Position numbers and translations under genes: made by a program. DNA of 64,000 nucleotides from Spirochaetia bacterium (lineage in GTDB: Bacteria > Spirochaetota > Spirochaetia > SZUA-6 > Bin103): the NCBI GenBank assembly GCA_965203905.1, contig CBDBDQ010000005.1:3040001-3104000 (forward strand). Reading direction: 5' to 3'. The notes below the pieces were generated by a model. It was not told where the DNA came from. It saw only the letters and a list, made by a program, of their open reading frames with translations, and made no database searches. Position 1 is the first letter of the stretch. The number at the start of each line of letters is the position of its first letter. Below, one piece after another: positions 9,883-20,226 of the stretch.

Positions 9883-10806
9883 TTATTCGCCGTTCTGCTT
9901 GGCGACGGTGTGCCACGCCGGCTGGATCTGCAGCGGCAGCGGGCGCCAGTAGTAGCGTAGCGGGTCGTCGGGCGCCCAGTCGGCGTACACCTGCTCCCAG
10001 TCGAGCACGCCCAGGTGCACGTTCAGGGCGCCGGCGTCGGCCGGCTCGCTGACGCGCTGGTAGCGGAAGCTGCCGGCGAGCCGGATGCGGTCGCCGCTGG
10101 CGTTGTCCACGCCCTGGTGCACCGTGAGGCTGTGGAACAGCAGCACGTCGCCGGCGATCATCGGGCTCCACACCCAGGGCGCGCCGGCCCGCACCGCGAC
10201 GGTCTCCTTGTCGGCTCCCACCGGGAGCCAGCCGCCTTCGTTCGAGCCCTCGACCACCGCCAGCCCGCCCAGCGCCTCGTCGCAGTCGCCGTACGGCACC
10301 CACGCGGTCCAGGTGTCGGGGGCGCCGCGCACCGGCTGGAAGTCCTGGTGCGCCGGCGTGGTGTACTTCAGGTCCTCGGGGAAGATGGCGTGGACGATGT
10401 GGCGCGGGTGCACCCACACCGCCTCCCCCAGCAACTGCTCCAGGGCCCCCATCAGGCGGGGATGGTGCGGCAGGGCGTGGAACACCCGCAGCCGCTGCAG
10501 GTCGCGGTAGTAGGCCGCGAACTCCGGCGTGCGGTCGTACTCGGTCAGGTGGACTCCGGGCCGGGCGACGCCCGCCTCCAGCGGAGCGGCGCCGTCCAGC
10601 GCGCCGTGGGCGGCGGTCACTTCGAGCACGGCGCGGCGCACCGCCTGCACCTCCGCCGCCGGCAGCAGGCCGCGGAAGTACAGGTAGCCGCGCTCCCGCG
10701 CCGCGTCGCGCAGCCCCGCGCCGTCTCCCAGCAGCGGGCTGCAATCGACGAACGGCGAGCAGGCGCTCAACTCGATATTGGAAACGGTAACGGATGTGGC
10801 GCCCAC
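9883..10806 (-). CDS. Phytanoyl-CoA dioxygenase (PhyH) family Fe(II)/2OG enzyme
   Basis: GYLYFRGLL, TPAHQDF (HxD), WTAWVP, GDVLLFHSLTVH, DRIR. Confidence 0.9.
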   Translation of the reverse strand: MGATSVTVSNIELSACSPFVDCSPLLGDGAGLRDAARERGYLYFRGLLPAAEVQAVRRAVLEVTAAHGALDGAAPLEAGVARPGVHLTEYDRTPEFAAYYRDLQRLRVFHALPHHPRLMGALEQLLGEAVWVHPRHIVHAIFPEDLKYTTPAHQDFQPVRGAPDTWTAWVPYGDCDEALGGLAVVEGSNEGGWLPVGADKETVAVRAGAPWVWSPMIAGDVLLFHSLTVHQGVDNASGDRIRLAGSFRYQRVSEPADAGALNVHLGVLDWEQVYADWAPDDPLRYYWRPLPLQIQPAWHTVAKQNGE

Positions 10807-11205
10807 GCGGCCCCTCCTGCGGTCTACTGCTACCTGCCCGGCCGCAAGCCACGGTCCGCTCGCGGCCGGGTCGGCTGTCCGCGATGGTAGTGTCGATCAG
10901 GTTACGGTCGCAATGCCGAAGAGCCGGCACCCCCGGCGCGGCGCATCACACCAGTCACGTGCCGGCGACACGTCCGTTCAGCGACCTGGTATCATTCGGG
11001 CATCCGTCGAAAGCGGACCCGAGCGGGCGTGACAACTCACCGCCGGCCAACGTAGCTTAATGCCGCCTCCTGCTCCTCCTCGACATCCCCCAATGGCGAT
11101 TCCCGCCGCCGGGAAACCCGCCACATTGGCGATTCGGAGTGTGTCCCAAAGCCCCTTGAGCGGCGCGGGGAATCAGCATAGCCGACTCAGTGCAGGGCCT
11201 GTGTC

Positions 11206-12300
11206 TCAACCCTGCTCGTAAAACCAACCGGGCTGGATGCGGGCGATATGCAGGCCGTCCAGGGCGTGGTAGCTCACGAGGACAAGGTCATCCAGATGAA
11301 GGACGCTGGGGTAACCGAAATCTCCGTAAGGATCGCCGGCAATGATACGCTCGTTTTCCCATGTTGCTCCCTCATCACGGCTGATGACAGAAGTGAGCGG
11401 CGTGCGGATATAGTGCTTGTTTCCGTCTCCCCTGTTGTAGACGCGAGGCCTCTCCCCGGGCTCCTTCCCGCCGTTGCCGGTAGCACGCACCAGGAGCAGG
11501 TCACCGGTCGATGGGATACGACTGACGTGGAGGGCAGAACTGTTCATGGGAAGTCTCAATTCCTCTACAATCCGACCTTTCGACCAGGTCTGGCCCCGAT
11601 CCTCTGAGTCGGCCCGTCCGACATACCCGCTGTAAGTCCGGAACAGCATCATCACTCGCCCGTCTCTCAACTCGACGAGGTGAGGCTCCTGAGATTCTAT
11701 GCCCTGCTGCAACAGGTTGACGTGGTTGTCACTCCGCTGCCAGGTGTGACCATCATCATCGGAATACCAGGCCGTACTGACGAATCCGCGGTGATCGTTT
11801 TCGAGCCCCATATCGACCCTCAACTCGGCCGGAGCGAGGATGCGATCGCTGGCCAGGCGCAGCAGCTTGTCGTTGTGGACCAGGCAGGCCCGTTCGCTGC
11901 TGGGAGTCAACACTTTGGGGGCGCTCCAGGTCTCTCCTTCATCATCCGAGAACCGGTAATAGGAGTGCCCGTAGGGGTCGCGATGACCGACGCTCCAGAT
12001 ATAGGCCATCATCAGTTGGCCGTTCTTTCGTCGTACAAAGCTGGGTGTTCCCACCGCTTCGCCGGCGGGAGACAAGAATCGCGCATCGGGTCCTGCAAGG
12101 AGCTGTTGTGGTTCGCTCCAAGTCTGCCCGCGGTCGCCGGAAGAACAAGCATAGATGCCGGAACGCCCATCGGGCAAATCGCCAAAGGCATACAATAGCC
12201 GCCCGTCCCGAAGCTGGGCGATGTCGCCGTTCATCCCCCTGGTGAATATCGGAGGATCGACTTCAAACACGTGGACATCACTGAACATGGTTTTCCTCAT
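11206..12300 (-). CDS. Sialidase-family / BNR Asp-box beta-propeller protein (no signal peptide)
   Basis: Five Asp-boxes (SGDRGQTW, SDDEGETW, SDDDGHTW, SEDRGQTW, SRDEGATW), QEPHLVEL..G, RTPL, GYPS. Confidence 0.88.
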   Translation of the reverse strand: MRKTMFSDVHVFEVDPPIFTRGMNGDIAQLRDGRLLYAFGDLPDGRSGIYACSSGDRGQTWSEPQQLLAGPDARFLSPAGEAVGTPSFVRRKNGQLMMAYIWSVGHRDPYGHSYYRFSDDEGETWSAPKVLTPSSERACLVHNDKLLRLASDRILAPAELRVDMGLENDHRGFVSTAWYSDDDGHTWQRSDNHVNLLQQGIESQEPHLVELRDGRVMMLFRTYSGYVGRADSEDRGQTWSKGRIVEELRLPMNSSALHVSRIPSTGDLLLVRATGNGGKEPGERPRVYNRGDGNKHYIRTPLTSVISRDEGATWENERIIAGDPYGDFGYPSVLHLDDLVLVSYHALDGLHIARIQPGWFYEQG

Positions 12301-12305
12301 TCTGC

Positions 12306-12337
12306 GCAAAGAGGAGCCCGTAAAGGCTCCTCTTTGC
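12306..12337. terminator. Perfect 13-bp stem hairpin (terminator or mRNA stabiliser) between the SBP and sialidase genes
   Basis: GCAAAGAGGAGCC-cgtaaa-GGCTCCTCTTTGC. Confidence 0.6.
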
Positions 12338-12446
12338 TTTAACAGGCAGTCAGACGTTGCTCCTGCCTAACCCGAAAACCATGTCCAGCAGGCGAACGAG
12401 TGCGCCCGTTGCCAAGGTCTTCGGCGTCACGGTGTGGCATTGCATA

Positions 12447-14072
12447 CTAATCGATAGCCTGCTGTGTGAGGGCGATATAATCTGCGAGCCCAAGGCCCTT
12501 CAATCCCTCCACGTATGCGTCCCAGTCGGACTCGATGTCCTTCTGGCCGGTGATGAACGCGGCCGTGTTCTGACGCACATAGCCCTCGATTTCGGTCTGG
12601 TACTGAGCTACTCGCTGGGCATCGTCATCAGAAAAATACAACCGGCTGGGCACGGTCTCAGCGGGGACGTACGGAATGTACTTGTCGCTCTCCACGACCA
12701 GGTATCTCTCATAGCCCGCGAGCGTGGTGATATCCTGGTCAGCGGCCCAACTGTTGAACAGTTCCTTGGGCCAGAACGGGTACCACATATTGCCCCAGTC
12801 ATTGTGCCGTACTTCGGTCTGCCAGAGCAGCGGAAAAGCCAGGTAGACTGCCTGCTCACCATTGAGACCCAGCTCGCCGGGTTCGGCCCATCTCCAATAC
12901 TCGGCGCCGTCCTTGTTCTTTTGCAGACCCCAAAGCTGAGTCATGGTGCCCTCTACGCTATAGGACCAATCCGCCAGTTCCCACGCCTTGTCGATCTGCG
13001 CCTGGGTCGCCTTGTCGGTGATGGCGAATCTCCCAGTGCGGACGCCGCTGGGATAGTAGGCGGCAAACTGCACGCCCTTGGGACCCTGCAACGGCGGAAT
13101 CGCCCGATACTGCTGCCAGTTGTCGTCCCCGTGGTTGAACATACGGTTGTGTCCCGCGACAAAAGCGCCGAGAAGTCGCGGCTCCTGATTGGCCAGAGCC
13201 GCGCCAGCATCGGGATTCTGGGTAAACCCTTGAGGATCCAGCAACCCCTTCTGAAACAGCTTCGCCATGTAGCGCAAGCCCTCTCTCCACTCCGGCTTGT
13301 CGGCTGCGAAACCGACCTGGCCGTGGTTCATGGTCAGGAACCGCTCGCCGTCGTTATAGATGAACGCACCCATGAGAAAGTCATAGATGTACCCGTGCCA
13401 CCACGGGGTGCCGATGCCGGTCCAGGGGATCTCATCCTGCTTGCCGTTGCCGTTGGGATCGCCGGTTTTGAAAGCCTCCAGTACAGTCTCGAGCTCGGCG
13501 GTGGTACCGGGCATGTCCAGGCCCAGCGCCTCGAGCCACTCGGTGTTGATCCATGCCTTCTGAGCGACCGAGCAGTGATAACACTCCGAAAAGTCAGGGA
13601 GCGAGTAGATGTTGCCGTCGGGCGTCGTGATGGCCGGCCTGATATATGGTTTCTGCTCAAACCCTGCCTGTATGTTCGGGCTCCTCTCGGGATCGTCGAT
13701 GAGCGCGTTCAACGCTATCAGGATACCCTCGCGGCCGTACCGCATCTGGTCCGCATTGGTGAAATCGCCGGCCAGGAAGATCGCCGGGTAATCACCGCTT
13801 GCCAACAGCAGCTGTTGCTTGTCACGGCGTCCTCCCCGGTCCGACTCGACGAAAATCTCCCACTCGATCTTGATGTTGAACCGCTCCTCGATCATCGCGG
13901 TCATCTCGTTACAGGGAGAGTCGAAACACTTCACTGGGCGGCCCACTGACGGCACCCCGAAAATACTCAGAGTGACCGCTCCATCGGCCGCTCCCTGCTC
14001 GCCCTCGGCGGCAGCATATGCCATGCTGGACAGCACTAGCAGCGCACTGAAAAACAACAACGTTTTTCCCAT
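12447..14072 (-). CDS. Extracellular solute-binding protein (carbohydrate ABC)
   Basis: GGAGGA SD before MGKTLLFF; LLLASGDYP, PDGNIYSLP, WINTEWLEALGL, FKTGDPNGNGKQDEIP. Confidence 0.92.
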   Translation of the reverse strand: MGKTLLFFSALLVLSSMAYAAAEGEQGAADGAVTLSIFGVPSVGRPVKCFDSPCNEMTAMIEERFNIKIEWEIFVESDRGGRRDKQQLLLASGDYPAIFLAGDFTNADQMRYGREGILIALNALIDDPERSPNIQAGFEQKPYIRPAITTPDGNIYSLPDFSECYHCSVAQKAWINTEWLEALGLDMPGTTAELETVLEAFKTGDPNGNGKQDEIPWTGIGTPWWHGYIYDFLMGAFIYNDGERFLTMNHGQVGFAADKPEWREGLRYMAKLFQKGLLDPQGFTQNPDAGAALANQEPRLLGAFVAGHNRMFNHGDDNWQQYRAIPPLQGPKGVQFAAYYPSGVRTGRFAITDKATQAQIDKAWELADWSYSVEGTMTQLWGLQKNKDGAEYWRWAEPGELGLNGEQAVYLAFPLLWQTEVRHNDWGNMWYPFWPKELFNSWAADQDITTLAGYERYLVVESDKYIPYVPAETVPSRLYFSDDDAQRVAQYQTEIEGYVRQNTAAFITGQKDIESDWDAYVEGLKGLGLADYIALTQQAID

Positions 14073-14142
14073 ACTAATCCTCCACATAGGATTTATGATT
14101 TTCGTTGGGCGCAACGCGCCCACAGCTACAAGACCAAGGCAC

Positions 14143-15042
14143 TCATCCCTTCAATGAGCCAATCATGACTCCTTTGATAAAGTGCTTCTGCGCAAACGGG
14201 TAAAGGGCGATAATGGGCGCACTGGCAACCACGATAAGCGAGTATTTCAACAGTGCGACAAGGTTCTGTCTGGCGACCTGTTCGGTGGCCACCACCATCA
14301 TGTCTCGCGCTTGATTGAGTATCAGGATATTCCGCAGCACGATCTGCAGCGGAAACAGCCTGGGGTTGTTGAGGTACATCAACGCGTCGAAGTAGGCATT
14401 CCAGTGGAACACGGCATACAGCAGCACGAGTACCGCGATGACCGGTTTCGACAGCGGCAACACCACGCGCCACAGGAAATTTGCGTCGCTGCAGCCATCC
14501 ATCTCGGCAGCCTCCGCCAGCTCATCGGGGATGGTAGACGCGAAAAAGGTCCTGGCAACGATCACCTGCCACACGTGGAGCGCCTGCGGAATCAACATGG
14601 CCAGGCGTGTATTCAATATGCCGACCCGCCTGACGGTCAGATAGAGGGGTATCAGACCCCCTGCGAACATCATGGTGAACACCAGGGCCAACACGATGAA
14701 CTTGCCGCCGAAGAAGTCCTTTCTCGACAGCGGATACGCCACCAGAACGGTGACGATAATGTTGATAAGCGTACCAAACACCGTGTAGACGGCGCTGTTG
14801 ACGTAACCAAGCAGGATGGTGGAATGCCTGAATACCGTCTCGTAGCCTACCAGAGTCGGTTCTACCGGCAACAGCCACACCTTGCCCGCTCCGACGGCCT
14901 GCCCGGAACTGAATGACGAGCTGACGATGAAAATGAGCGGATAGGTGATGGCTACCAGCACCAAGGTCAGGAAGGCGAAAACGAATCCGAGAAAGATCCG
15001 GTCTCCGCGGGATTCCCGGATACTGCCGTAGGTGGCTACCAC
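14143..15042 (-). CDS. Carbohydrate ABC permease (MalG-type)
   Basis: FAGGLIPLY, ELAEAAEMDG, YPFAQKHFIKGVMIGSLKG. Confidence 0.93.
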   Translation of the reverse strand: MVATYGSIRESRGDRIFLGFVFAFLTLVLVAITYPLIFIVSSSFSSGQAVGAGKVWLLPVEPTLVGYETVFRHSTILLGYVNSAVYTVFGTLINIIVTVLVAYPLSRKDFFGGKFIVLALVFTMMFAGGLIPLYLTVRRVGILNTRLAMLIPQALHVWQVIVARTFFASTIPDELAEAAEMDGCSDANFLWRVVLPLSKPVIAVLVLLYAVFHWNAYFDALMYLNNPRLFPLQIVLRNILILNQARDMMVVATEQVARQNLVALLKYSLIVVASAPIIALYPFAQKHFIKGVMIGSLKG

Positions 15043-16004
15043 AAGCTGTGTTCCGTCACCCTGCGGGCCAGGGTGTTCACCGCGATGAGAATCGCGAAGT
15101 TGATCACGGAGTTGAACAGCCCCACGGCCGCGCCAAAGCTGAAGCTGGCATTGATGATGCCGATCTTGTAGACATACGTAGCGATGACTTCCGAGGCAGG
15201 AAGATTAAGTGCGTTCTGCAGCAGAAACACCTTCTCGAAGCCCACGTTCATGACATCTCCGGCCTGCAGGATGAGGAGTATGACTATCGTTGGCAGGATA
15301 CCGGGGATGTCGATGTGGCCGATTTTCTGGACTCTTGATGCACCGTCAATCCTGGCAGCCTCGTAGAGCTCCGGATTGATGCCGGACAGTGCAGCTATAT
15401 AGATGATTGCGCCGAATCCGGCGTGTTGCCAGACATCCGAAAACACGTAGACATACTTGAATGCTCCGGCGATGGCCATGAGATCGGTCATTCCACCGGC
15501 GGAAAACAGGGCGATTACCTTGCCGACAAAGCCGATCCGCGGATTCAGAAAGACGATGATCATGGCGGCCATCACGACGGTCGAGATGAAGTGAGGCGCG
15601 TAGGTGACCGTCTGCACGGTCTTCTTGAACACCCCGGTACGCACTTCGTTGAGGGCAAGGGCGAGGATGATCGGCGAAACGAATCCGATTGTCAAAGCAA
15701 GCAGGCTGATTGAGAGCGTGTTCCTGATCAGTATCCAGAAATAGGGCGAATTGACAAAGCGGGCGAATTCGGTCAACCCGATCCATTCGCTGCCCCAAAT
15801 ACCCTGTCTCGGGCTGTAGTCCCGGAACGCGATTTGGGCGCCGGCCATGGGTACATATTTGAAAATGATGATGTAGACGACTGCGGGTGCGATGAACAGA
15901 TAGAACTGCCAGTGCTTGGCGATGAGCCTCTTGGCCCTGGCCCATCCCGCCGTTGACGGATGGTATGCAGCGGGATGGGCGTCCAGAGCCTTGTCGGTAC
16001 GCAT
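15036..16004 (-). CDS. Carbohydrate ABC permease (LplB-type)
   Basis: YVPMAGAQIAFRDY, YAPHFIS, LYEAARIDGA; ATG at 16004 after GAAAGGA. Confidence 0.92.
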   Translation of the reverse strand: MRTDKALDAHPAAYHPSTAGWARAKRLIAKHWQFYLFIAPAVVYIIIFKYVPMAGAQIAFRDYSPRQGIWGSEWIGLTEFARFVNSPYFWILIRNTLSISLLALTIGFVSPIILALALNEVRTGVFKKTVQTVTYAPHFISTVVMAAMIIVFLNPRIGFVGKVIALFSAGGMTDLMAIAGAFKYVYVFSDVWQHAGFGAIIYIAALSGINPELYEAARIDGASRVQKIGHIDIPGILPTIVILLILQAGDVMNVGFEKVFLLQNALNLPASEVIATYVYKIGIINASFSFGAAVGLFNSVINFAILIAVNTLARRVTEHSLW

Positions 16005-16303
16005 CGTTTCCTTTCTGGTACGGTGGGCCACGCCTGATGCGGTCGCTGTCAGAAGCGATCTCCGCGAGTGCCTAGCAGTCGTCCCACTCTGGGCTTCGTT
16101 GGGGGGTATGTCAAGGCCGCGATCGGGTGCAATTCGACGACGGAGTTCGTACGCGAATGGGCGCGGGCTCTCGGACGGAACGCCGTGCTGGAATTCACCG
16201 GTGACTACGGGCGGGCCGGCGCTTTCGGCGCGACGCGCACGAGCGGCTGACCGCCTTCTCGTGCGCGCCGGTCGGATGCGCCACGGCGACCCAGGGGGCG
16301 CTG

Positions 16304-16692
16304 CTACCAGATCACCTCGATGTCGGGGTAACGGCGCAGGCGGCGGTCCTTGCTGATCAGCGGGCAATCCAGCGCCTGTGCGGTGGCCACGATCAACCGA
16401 TCGGCCGGGTCACCGTGGATGTCCGGTAACCTTACCGTGGCGCCATGTGGTGGTCCACTGCGACAAACTGAAGGTACGACAGCCGCTCGGCACGACGCAG
16501 CAGGGCCTGGGGAGACATGGTCAGCACCAACCGACCCTTCTTCACGAGCATGAACAGCTCCCACACGCTGATCGCCGATACCAGCGCCCTGCGTTGGCGC
16601 CGTGCCCGCTCGAGTGCCGTTCGCGCGGTACCCGAGAGCTCCTGGGGAGCGGTAAGGTGCCAGATCCACGCGTGGGTATCCAGCAGCGTCAC
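16304..16692 (-). pseudogene. vapC: VapC PIN-domain toxin, frameshift at about 16442
   Basis: LLDTHAWIW…VSAISVWE in one frame, then HGDPADRLIVATA…LISKD…IW in another. Confidence 0.88.
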
Positions 16693-16931
16693 TCGGCCGC
16701 ATCCCAGGGCTCATCCACCGGCTCGAGCGGCTGCTCGTACTTCACCAGCGTACCGCGCAAGGCCGCCAGGTCCGGATCATCCTCCTCTCCGAAGGGGACG
16801 ATCTTGAGCACCGGCGTCCCGCGTTCCGTGATCACAATGGTTTCCCGCTGCTCCTGCACCAGCCGGAAGTACTCGAACGCGCGTGGCTTGAACTGGGATT
16901 TGGAGACCGTCATATGTGGACCATGTACCAT
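16689..16931 (-). CDS. Phd/YefM family antitoxin
   Basis: VSKSQFKPRAFEYFRLV…IVITERGTPVLKIVP; GTGA overlap with vapC. Confidence 0.88.
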   Translation of the reverse strand: MVHGPHMTVSKSQFKPRAFEYFRLVQEQRETIVITERGTPVLKIVPFGEEDDPDLAALRGTLVKYEQPLEPVDEPWDAAE

Positions 16932-17025
16932 AGTCCTGATACCGGTGAACCGTCACCCGACAGCCGCTACCACGGGACGCCCTAGCCGAACGGTACGTTC
17001 AGCACGCCCGTTGGGGCGGACCATG

Positions 17026-18114
17026 CTAAGAGGAGTTCGGTCTCAGAATCTGCTGCTGCCCAACGAGATGCTGATAGAGCGCCGGCTTGAGCTGCAACCG
17101 TTCAGAATGGTGACAGGAAACGAAGTGCTCGTCGGTGCCGGGAACCATGGAGAATTGCGGCTCTTCGCCGCTACAGACCTCCGTCGCGTGCCTGCAGCGC
17201 GGATGAAAATAGCATCCCGTCGGCGGATTCAGCGGGCTGGGCACCTCGCCGCTCAGCAGCACGTGCCGTGGCTCCAGCTTCGGGTCCGGTGCCGGGATCG
17301 CCGACAACAGCGCCTCGGTGTAGGGATGCATGGGCCTCTGGTAGAGCTCGTCGCCGCTCGCCAGCTCCACGATCTTACCGAGATACATTACCGCCACCCG
17401 GTCGCACATGTGATAAATCACGCTCAGATTGTGGGCGATGAACAGGTAGCTGAATCCGGATTCGTCCTGAATGTCCTTCAACAGATTGAGAATCTGCGCT
17501 TGTACGGAAACATCCAGTGCAGAAACCGGCTCGTCGCACACTATAAGACTCGGATTCAGCGCAATCGCCCGCGCAATGCCGATCCTCTGTCGCTGGCCGC
17601 CGCTGAATTCGTTAGGAAACCGCTTTAGATGATATTCCGAAAGCCCGACCCGCCGGAGGAGCTCGACAACCCTTTCCCTGCGTTCGCTGCGATCGCCGAT
17701 CTCGTAAACCAGCAGAGGGTCTGCGATGATATCCTCCACCGTTTTGCGTGGATTGAGCGACGAAAAAGGATCCTGGAAGATGATCTGAAATTCCCGCCTC
17801 AACCGGCGTAGTTCTTCACTCGCAAGATCATGTAGACTCAGTATTCTATCGTCACGTGATCGAAAGTGGACTTCACCCTCGTCCGCCTTTAGCAAACGGA
17901 TGATGGCCCTCCCACTGGTGGTCTTGCCGCACCCGCTCTCGCCGACCAGGCCAAGGGTCTCACCTTTCTTCAGGTAGAGACTGATTCCATCGACGGCCTT
18001 GACATGGCCCACGACCCGCTTAAAGAACCCTCTCTTGACGGGAAAATGAACCTTCAGATTGCTAACTTCCAGCAGGACGTCCTGGTCCCTCTGTATACGT
18101 GTCAACTCAGCCAC
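17026..18114 (-). CDS. Oligopeptide ABC transporter ATP-binding protein (OppF/AppF-like)
   Basis: [43 protein letters not shown]; likely GTG at 18114 overlapping the upstream stop. Confidence 0.93.
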   Translation of the reverse strand: MAELTRIQRDQDVLLEVSNLKVHFPVKRGFFKRVVGHVKAVDGISLYLKKGETLGLVGESGCGKTTSGRAIIRLLKADEGEVHFRSRDDRILSLHDLASEELRRLRREFQIIFQDPFSSLNPRKTVEDIIADPLLVYEIGDRSERRERVVELLRRVGLSEYHLKRFPNEFSGGQRQRIGIARAIALNPSLIVCDEPVSALDVSVQAQILNLLKDIQDESGFSYLFIAHNLSVIYHMCDRVAVMYLGKIVELASGDELYQRPMHPYTEALLSAIPAPDPKLEPRHVLLSGEVPSPLNPPTGCYFHPRCRHATEVCSGEEPQFSMVPGTDEHFVSCHHSERLQLKPALYQHLVGQQQILRPNSS

Positions 18115-19111
18115 CCGAGCGGTGCAGCCAGCATCTGGCCTGGTGTCCGGCTTCCACTTCGAAAATCGGCGGATCTTCTCGGCATTCATCCATGCGATAA
18201 GGGCAACGGGGTGAAAACAGGCAGCCCTCGGGGATCTCGAACAGATTGGGCACGGATCCGGGGATCGTATAGAGACGCTCCCGCTCGTCCGCGGTAATGA
18301 GCGGAATCGAATTCAACAAACCGAGGGTATAGGGATGCTTCGGGTTGGAAAAAATGGAGTTTACGTCGGCGGCCTCGACGATCTTGCCCATGTACATGAC
18401 GACCACCTGGTCGGCCATCTCGCCGATCACGCCCAGATCGTGGGTGATCATCATGATCGACATGTCGAGTCCGGACTTCAGCTCTCTCAGGAGGGTCAGA
18501 ATCTGCGCTTCGATGGTTACGTCCAGCGCCGTCGTGGGCTCGTCGGCGATCAGCAGGCTGGGATTACAGGACAGCGCCATGGCGATCATCGCCCTCTGCC
18601 GCATGCCCCCGCTCAACTGGTAGGGAAAGTCGTCCACCCTTTGCTCGGGAGCGGAGATGCCTACCTGGTCGAAGAGCTCGATGGTACGTTCACGGGCAAC
18701 GTTCTTCTCCGTATCCTGATGCAAAATGATGGCCTCGGCTACCTGGTTCCCTATCGTGTACACGGGATTGAACGCGGTCATCGGATCCTGGAACACCATG
18801 GCGATCTCGTTGCCGCGGAGTTTGCGCATCGCCGCCGCGTTGGGCGAGTAGGAGGTCACGTCGGTCACGCCACCGTCCTCTCCATAGTAGAGAATCTGGC
18901 CGGCAAGAATGCGGCCGGGCAGCGGCACCAACTGGAGTATCGAGAGGGCGGTCACGCTCTTGCCGCAGCCACTCTCTCCAACAACACCCAGGACCTCTCC
19001 TTTCTTGACGGTGAAGCTGACACCGTCAACGGCCTTCACTATCCCCTCGACGGTGAAAAAATGAGTCTTCAGATCCGTTACTTCGACGATCTTCTCTCGG
19101 GAAGGCAACAT
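18107..19111 (-). CDS. Oligopeptide ABC transporter ATP-binding protein (OppD-like)
   Basis: [37 protein letters not shown]. Confidence 0.94.
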   Translation of the reverse strand: MLPSREKIVEVTDLKTHFFTVEGIVKAVDGVSFTVKKGEVLGVVGESGCGKSVTALSILQLVPLPGRILAGQILYYGEDGGVTDVTSYSPNAAAMRKLRGNEIAMVFQDPMTAFNPVYTIGNQVAEAIILHQDTEKNVARERTIELFDQVGISAPEQRVDDFPYQLSGGMRQRAMIAMALSCNPSLLIADEPTTALDVTIEAQILTLLRELKSGLDMSIMMITHDLGVIGEMADQVVVMYMGKIVEAADVNSIFSNPKHPYTLGLLNSIPLITADERERLYTIPGSVPNLFEIPEGCLFSPRCPYRMDECREDPPIFEVEAGHQARCWLHRSGG

Positions 19112-19119
19112 TGAATTCG

Positions 19120-20223
19120 CTATGCGCTCTGGTACGGATCCACCGCGCTGCGCACTCCGTCTCCAACAAAGTTGAAGGCCACGATAGCGATAACCACGAA
19201 TATCCCCGGTATCAAGAGCCAGGGATGAATAATGACCTCCTGGAAGTTCTGCGCCTCCTGCAGGAGGACGCCCCAGCTCACCGCCGGCTTGCGCAGTCCG
19301 ATACCCAGGAAACTCAGCGAGGTCTCCATGAGGATCATCCCGGGAATCCCCAAAGACACCGCCACAATGATGTAGCTGGCGATGTTCGGCATCAGATGGG
19401 AAAAAATTATTCGCCCGTCTTTCGCTCCGTAACTTCTGGCAGCCTGTATGTAGTCCTCACCTTTCAGCGAAATGAGCTTGCTACGAACCCCGCGCGCCGC
19501 GTGAGGCCAGTTGGTGAGAGAGGCGATGAACACTATTGCCAGGTAGGTCTTCAAAATTGGCCAATTGGTTGGCACCGCTGCCGCCAGCGCCATCCACAAT
19601 GGGAGCTTTGGGACGGTCAGAAGAAGCTCGCTCAAGCGTTGAATGATGTCATCGACGAGGCCGCCATAGTAGCCCGAAATACCACCGAGCACGACGCTGA
19701 TCACGATTGTGATGAGCACGCCCACAAGCGCAAGGCTCAATGAGATACGACAGGCAAAAATCGTACGGCTGAAGATGCCCCGCCCCAAGGAATCGGACCC
19801 GAAGAGGAATACCGGAGGGCCGCCCTCGGTTCCGAACAGATGAATGTCCGTCTTGAATATCCCCAGGAGGCGGTACTCAAAGCCCTTCGCAAAAAACAAT
19901 ATCGGATGCTCCCCGCCTTCAACTACCGTGAAGGTAGTCTGAAACGTGCTCGGATCTATCGTCTTCTCGTAGGTGTGGACAAACGGCCGCAGGTGGAATC
20001 TGCCGGCATCGTCGACGAACCGGAACATGCGTATTGGCGAGAAGTTGTGCCCCTCATGTTGCTTGAAAGGAGAGACCGGGATGATGAAATCGCCAAAAAC
20101 GACGAGCAGCAGAAAAAAGCCGAGTATCCACATGGATATGAGGGCGGCTTTGTGGTTCTTGAATCTGAGCCAGATCAGTCTCCAGTTCGACCGATACTTC
20201 GGCGTGGTGGCCAAGTCAGTCAC
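19120..20223 (-). CDS. Peptide/nickel ABC permease (OppC-like)
   Basis: LFGSDSLGR, DYIQAARSYGA, ETSLSFLGIGL..P..SWG. Confidence 0.93.
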   Translation of the reverse strand: MTDLATTPKYRSNWRLIWLRFKNHKAALISMWILGFFLLLVVFGDFIIPVSPFKQHEGHNFSPIRMFRFVDDAGRFHLRPFVHTYEKTIDPSTFQTTFTVVEGGEHPILFFAKGFEYRLLGIFKTDIHLFGTEGGPPVFLFGSDSLGRGIFSRTIFACRISLSLALVGVLITIVISVVLGGISGYYGGLVDDIIQRLSELLLTVPKLPLWMALAAAVPTNWPILKTYLAIVFIASLTNWPHAARGVRSKLISLKGEDYIQAARSYGAKDGRIIFSHLMPNIASYIIVAVSLGIPGMILMETSLSFLGIGLRKPAVSWGVLLQEAQNFQEVIIHPWLLIPGIFVVIAIVAFNFVGDGVRSAVDPYQSA

Positions 20224-20226
20224 GGG

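Noticed and set aside
11136-11160. GGAGTGTGTCCCAAAG (and TAGAACCGGCTGCGAA near 25958) as IS-like ends bounding the lower-GC block
   Set aside because: No matching inverted partner, target duplication or transposase is visible
10807-11205. Structured-looking intergenic region (imperfect hairpin at about 11088-11130) as a riboswitch or ncRNA
   Set aside because: I could not match conserved cobalamin, TPP, SAM or other riboswitch cores; an Rfam/Infernal search would be needed
16068-16250. 60-aa plus-strand ORF next to vapC
   Set aside because: Overlaps a likely promoter region and has no recognisable motif; at most a gene remnant
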